From the NCBI GenBank assembly GCA_030704615.1, contig CM060733.1, forward strand, positions 5,022,001 through 5,086,000: a DNA stretch of 64,000 bases, in the 5' to 3' direction. Source of the stretch: Takakia lepidozioides (Eukaryota > Plantae > Bryophyta). Under the pieces are notes generated by a model. The model had not been told where the DNA came from, made no database searches, and was given only the letters and a program-made list of their open reading frames with translations. The first letter of the stretch is position 1; every line of letters starts with the position of its first letter. A program made the position numbers and the translations under genes. Below, one piece after another: positions 61,162 through 64,000 of the stretch.

Positions 61162-62767
61162 ATGGCAGCGACGTGCTCTGGTGCTTTGCTAGGCGCGCGC
61201 GTAGAGGCCATACCCAGGGCGCTATCGGCTACCTTTGTTGGCCGAGTAGGAGGGCTCACATCATGCATCAATCTGAAAGGTCAAGAATTGGAAGTGAGAG
61301 GGGCATCCGTCCTGGCGATGCCGGACCGCAGACCGTTGCAGGTGCTGGCCATGGTACCTCCCAAATCGGGCAAGGCCAAGAAAGGTACAAGCATCTAGTT
61401 TTCCTTGTTAAGTCTAAGGGTTTGAATGCTGGATGTGGGCAGGTGAGGGATGTATTGAAGATAGCTCCTTAGCCACTCTGCAAATGGAGGGTCTGCGGGA
61501 TGCTATCCTTGGGTTTTCCACTGTTTCTCAATTCGCAATCCACATAGTGGTTTCGCAAACTTGATGACGGTTCTCCAGTTGGCAGGGTGTATTTGCGATT
61601 AACCATTATATCTCGAAGAAGGTTCACTGTTACCAGCTTTGGCACGACAGTTGTGCGTTTTACAGAAGCTGGAGGTGGGTATATGGAAAAAGAAATGACC
61701 AAGAGGTAGCATTATGGTAAGAGTGCAACGAAATGTGGCATGGCAGTGTTCCTGGGTACTGATGGTTTAAAAGGTGTGGGGATTTATGGGGGCTGAGAAT
61801 GGCAGTTATTGGAGTGGTGAAGCTGGCATTGGAGGCAGGGAAGGCAACTCCTGCACCACCCGTAGGACCTGCACTGGGGTCCAAGGGTGTCAACATTATG
61901 GCCTTCTGCAAAGAGTACAATGCGAAGACTTCTGACAAGCCGGGCTATGTTATTCCTGTGGAAATCACTGTGTATGATGTATGTCTCCCTTGCCCTAACC
62001 TTTCTATCATGTCTTGGGTACGCCATTGTCTCTTGTCCTCTCACCCACTAGGATTAAGTTGCTGTGGGGTGCTGGAATTCGCAGCCGCAACCATCTCACC
62101 AGGACATGCCTTGGTATGGGATTGCAGGGTCCCTGTTGAAACCCCTATATTCGTCTCCATTTTTGCAGTCTGCCGCAACCATCTCACCAGGACCAGGACT
62201 GCCTTGGTATGGGATTGCAGGGTCCCTGTTGAAACCCCTATATCCGTCTCCATTTTTGCCCGGAGTCTGACTCAAAAGTTTTCTGGCTAAAGTACCTTTC
62301 AGTCATGGTGGTGTCTGATTCATTGTTGTGTTTCAAACAGGACAAGAGTTTCACCTTCGTTTTGAAGACACCTCCAGCATCAATTCTCCTTCTAAAAGCT
62401 GCTGGTAAGTTCTAGCTTCTTGCTTTCAAGGAGGCAGCATTTACCTGGCCTTTTGTCTCTCTGCCTCCAACTTTCTAGTTACATCATCACTTGAAAAGGC
62501 AAAGGAAGAGAATCACATGGCATCTCTAAACTTTTCAGTGTTTTCATTTTGATCATAGGAGCGGATAAGGGGTCAGATAACCCCCAGAACGTGAAGGTGG
62601 GCAAGGTCACAATGGAGCAGCTGCGGGAAATTGCAACTGAGAAGTTACCAGACTTGAACTGTTCAACAATTGAGTCAGCTATGAGGATTGTTGCTGGAAC
62701 AGCGGCAAATATGGGGATTGACATTGTTCCACCTTTGCTTGAAAAGAAGCAAAAGGTCCTCTTCTAG
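61162..62767 (+). CDS. RPL11: Plastid 50S ribosomal protein L11 (222 aa with transit peptide); exons 61162-61384, 61806-61978, 62341-62404, 62559-62767
   Basis: [44 protein letters not shown]|[40 protein letters not shown]; exons sum to 669 nt. Confidence 0.96.
62084..62259. repeat. ~88-bp tandem duplication in RPL11 intron 2
   Basis: GCCGCAACCATCTCACCAGGA...CGTCTCCATTTTTGC occurs twice, nearly identical. Confidence 0.9.
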
Positions 62768-63209
62768 GTGAGTCTGTCCTTGTTAATGTAAGCTGAGCAC
62801 TATCATGATGGCAAGCCACTTTAGCTTCTAACCATCTCTCTCAAACTGTTCTTCCTCATCTCTTTCCTGATATTACCTGCAAAACTATGAAGTTTTTAAG
62901 AACAGTTCTACTTCACACTCTGCCTACTTACACCACAGCTTATCGGATTTCTTCTCTCCTGAAGTACTCAATCTATTTCTTGGCATTCTATCACGGCAGC
63001 AAGCACTGAAGCTTCTGACTCTCCTCATCATTCGTTTCTTTGCACCCTCTCTTCTTCTAGGTCTTTATCAGCAATGATCTGCAGCTTTTGAGTACAGTTC
63101 TCTTTCACATTTTGGGTATTTATCATGATAGCAAGCCCTTCCACTTCTCTCTCCCTCAGAGAGTATCTGCCATGCACTACACAGTTTGCACATGTCTCCC
63201 TTTTTTGAT

Positions 63210-63257
63210 GGGGTCAATGGCCACAAGGCTACGGCAAACAACGTCTTATGAGTACAT
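63210..63257 (+). mobile_element. 48-bp extreme 3' end of the RTE-like LINE
   Basis: Identical to the reverse complement of 4496-4543; flanked by CTTTTTTGATG direct repeats (63200-63210 and 63260-63270). Confidence 0.88.
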
Positions 63258-64000
63258 CTCTTTTTTGATGTTCTTCATGAATGCATCTTATATCATTATC
63301 CCAAGCTTTTTTTCACTATTTCTCATTACTGCAAGCACTCTATCTTCTTAGTATCTCTCTCAGGCTGTTTATGTCAACTGTTCTTTGCTCACTATCTGTT
63401 GTAATTGCAGAGGACCAAAGCATCTGGGTGTCCGTCTCCCATCCTCTCTGCTTTCCTTTTATGTCTTCCCTAGATTGTTGTGAAGTCTAGTTTTCGTCTA
63501 AATTTCTTGTAGATATAGTTGGAAACCAAAAAGCCTTCCAGCCTTACAATATCCCTTTCCTAAGTGACAGTCTTCTTCAACATGTTCCCACAGAAGAGTA
63601 GCCACGATTCTGAAGTAAGGAAAACTGATCTTTACAGTTGGAATCGGCACACGAATGCAGTGGAAATGAACATCTTTGCCAAAGAGGCCTCAATTGCAAT
63701 TCTTTCATTTGAGGAGTCATCCTGTGTCAATGAAGTGGGCACAAGGCTATTTTGGGCTACCAGTTGTTTGCACGAACTAGACTTCTGGAATGCAAGGTGT
63801 AAGCATTCCACATGAATGCAAGTTGAATGGGGAATATTTTGCCAAAGGAATGTGAGCTGTGTAACACATTGAATTGAGGATGGATCAGTCTTTGTCTTTG
63901 TGTATTCCCAATTGTGTTTTAAATTGTGCAATAAAATCTAATAGGTAGTGTGTCATGAAGTATCTGGTGTTTGAGAGGCAAAGTTCTTGTTAAGTCAGTA

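Overview
Eukaryotic nuclear DNA from a land plant, most likely a non-seed plant (bryophyte/lycophyte/fern-like; inferred from short GT-AG introns, PLS-class PPRs, CRE-like and piggyBac remnants). 0.4-11.3 kb: two convergent paralogous genes for coiled-coil, tail-anchored proteins ending in plant KASH-type tails (-APPT, -LLPT), separated by a 4.7-kb RTE-like LINE with a target-site duplication. 14.6-32.5 kb: a nested transposon island. An L1 LINE is split by an 8.9-kb CACTA element that carries an amplified dead PLS-PPR array, OSB-type PDF-motif fragments and a LINE fragment. Next to it lies a CRE-like RLE retrotransposon split by a 1.2-kb CACTA. 33-46 kb: mostly pseudogenes and repeats (HSP70 fragment, F-box gene with one in-frame stop, PPR and PPR-DYW pseudogenes, TTAA-flanked piggyBac-like MITE, L1 3' fragment). 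47.5-62.8 kb: apparently intact genes for an 8-exon HAK/KUP/KT K+ transporter, an intronless GT4 glycosyltransferase, a METTL21-like methyltransferase and, head-to-head with it, plastid ribosomal protein L11. All calls are by eye from the sequence and ORF track; no searches were run.
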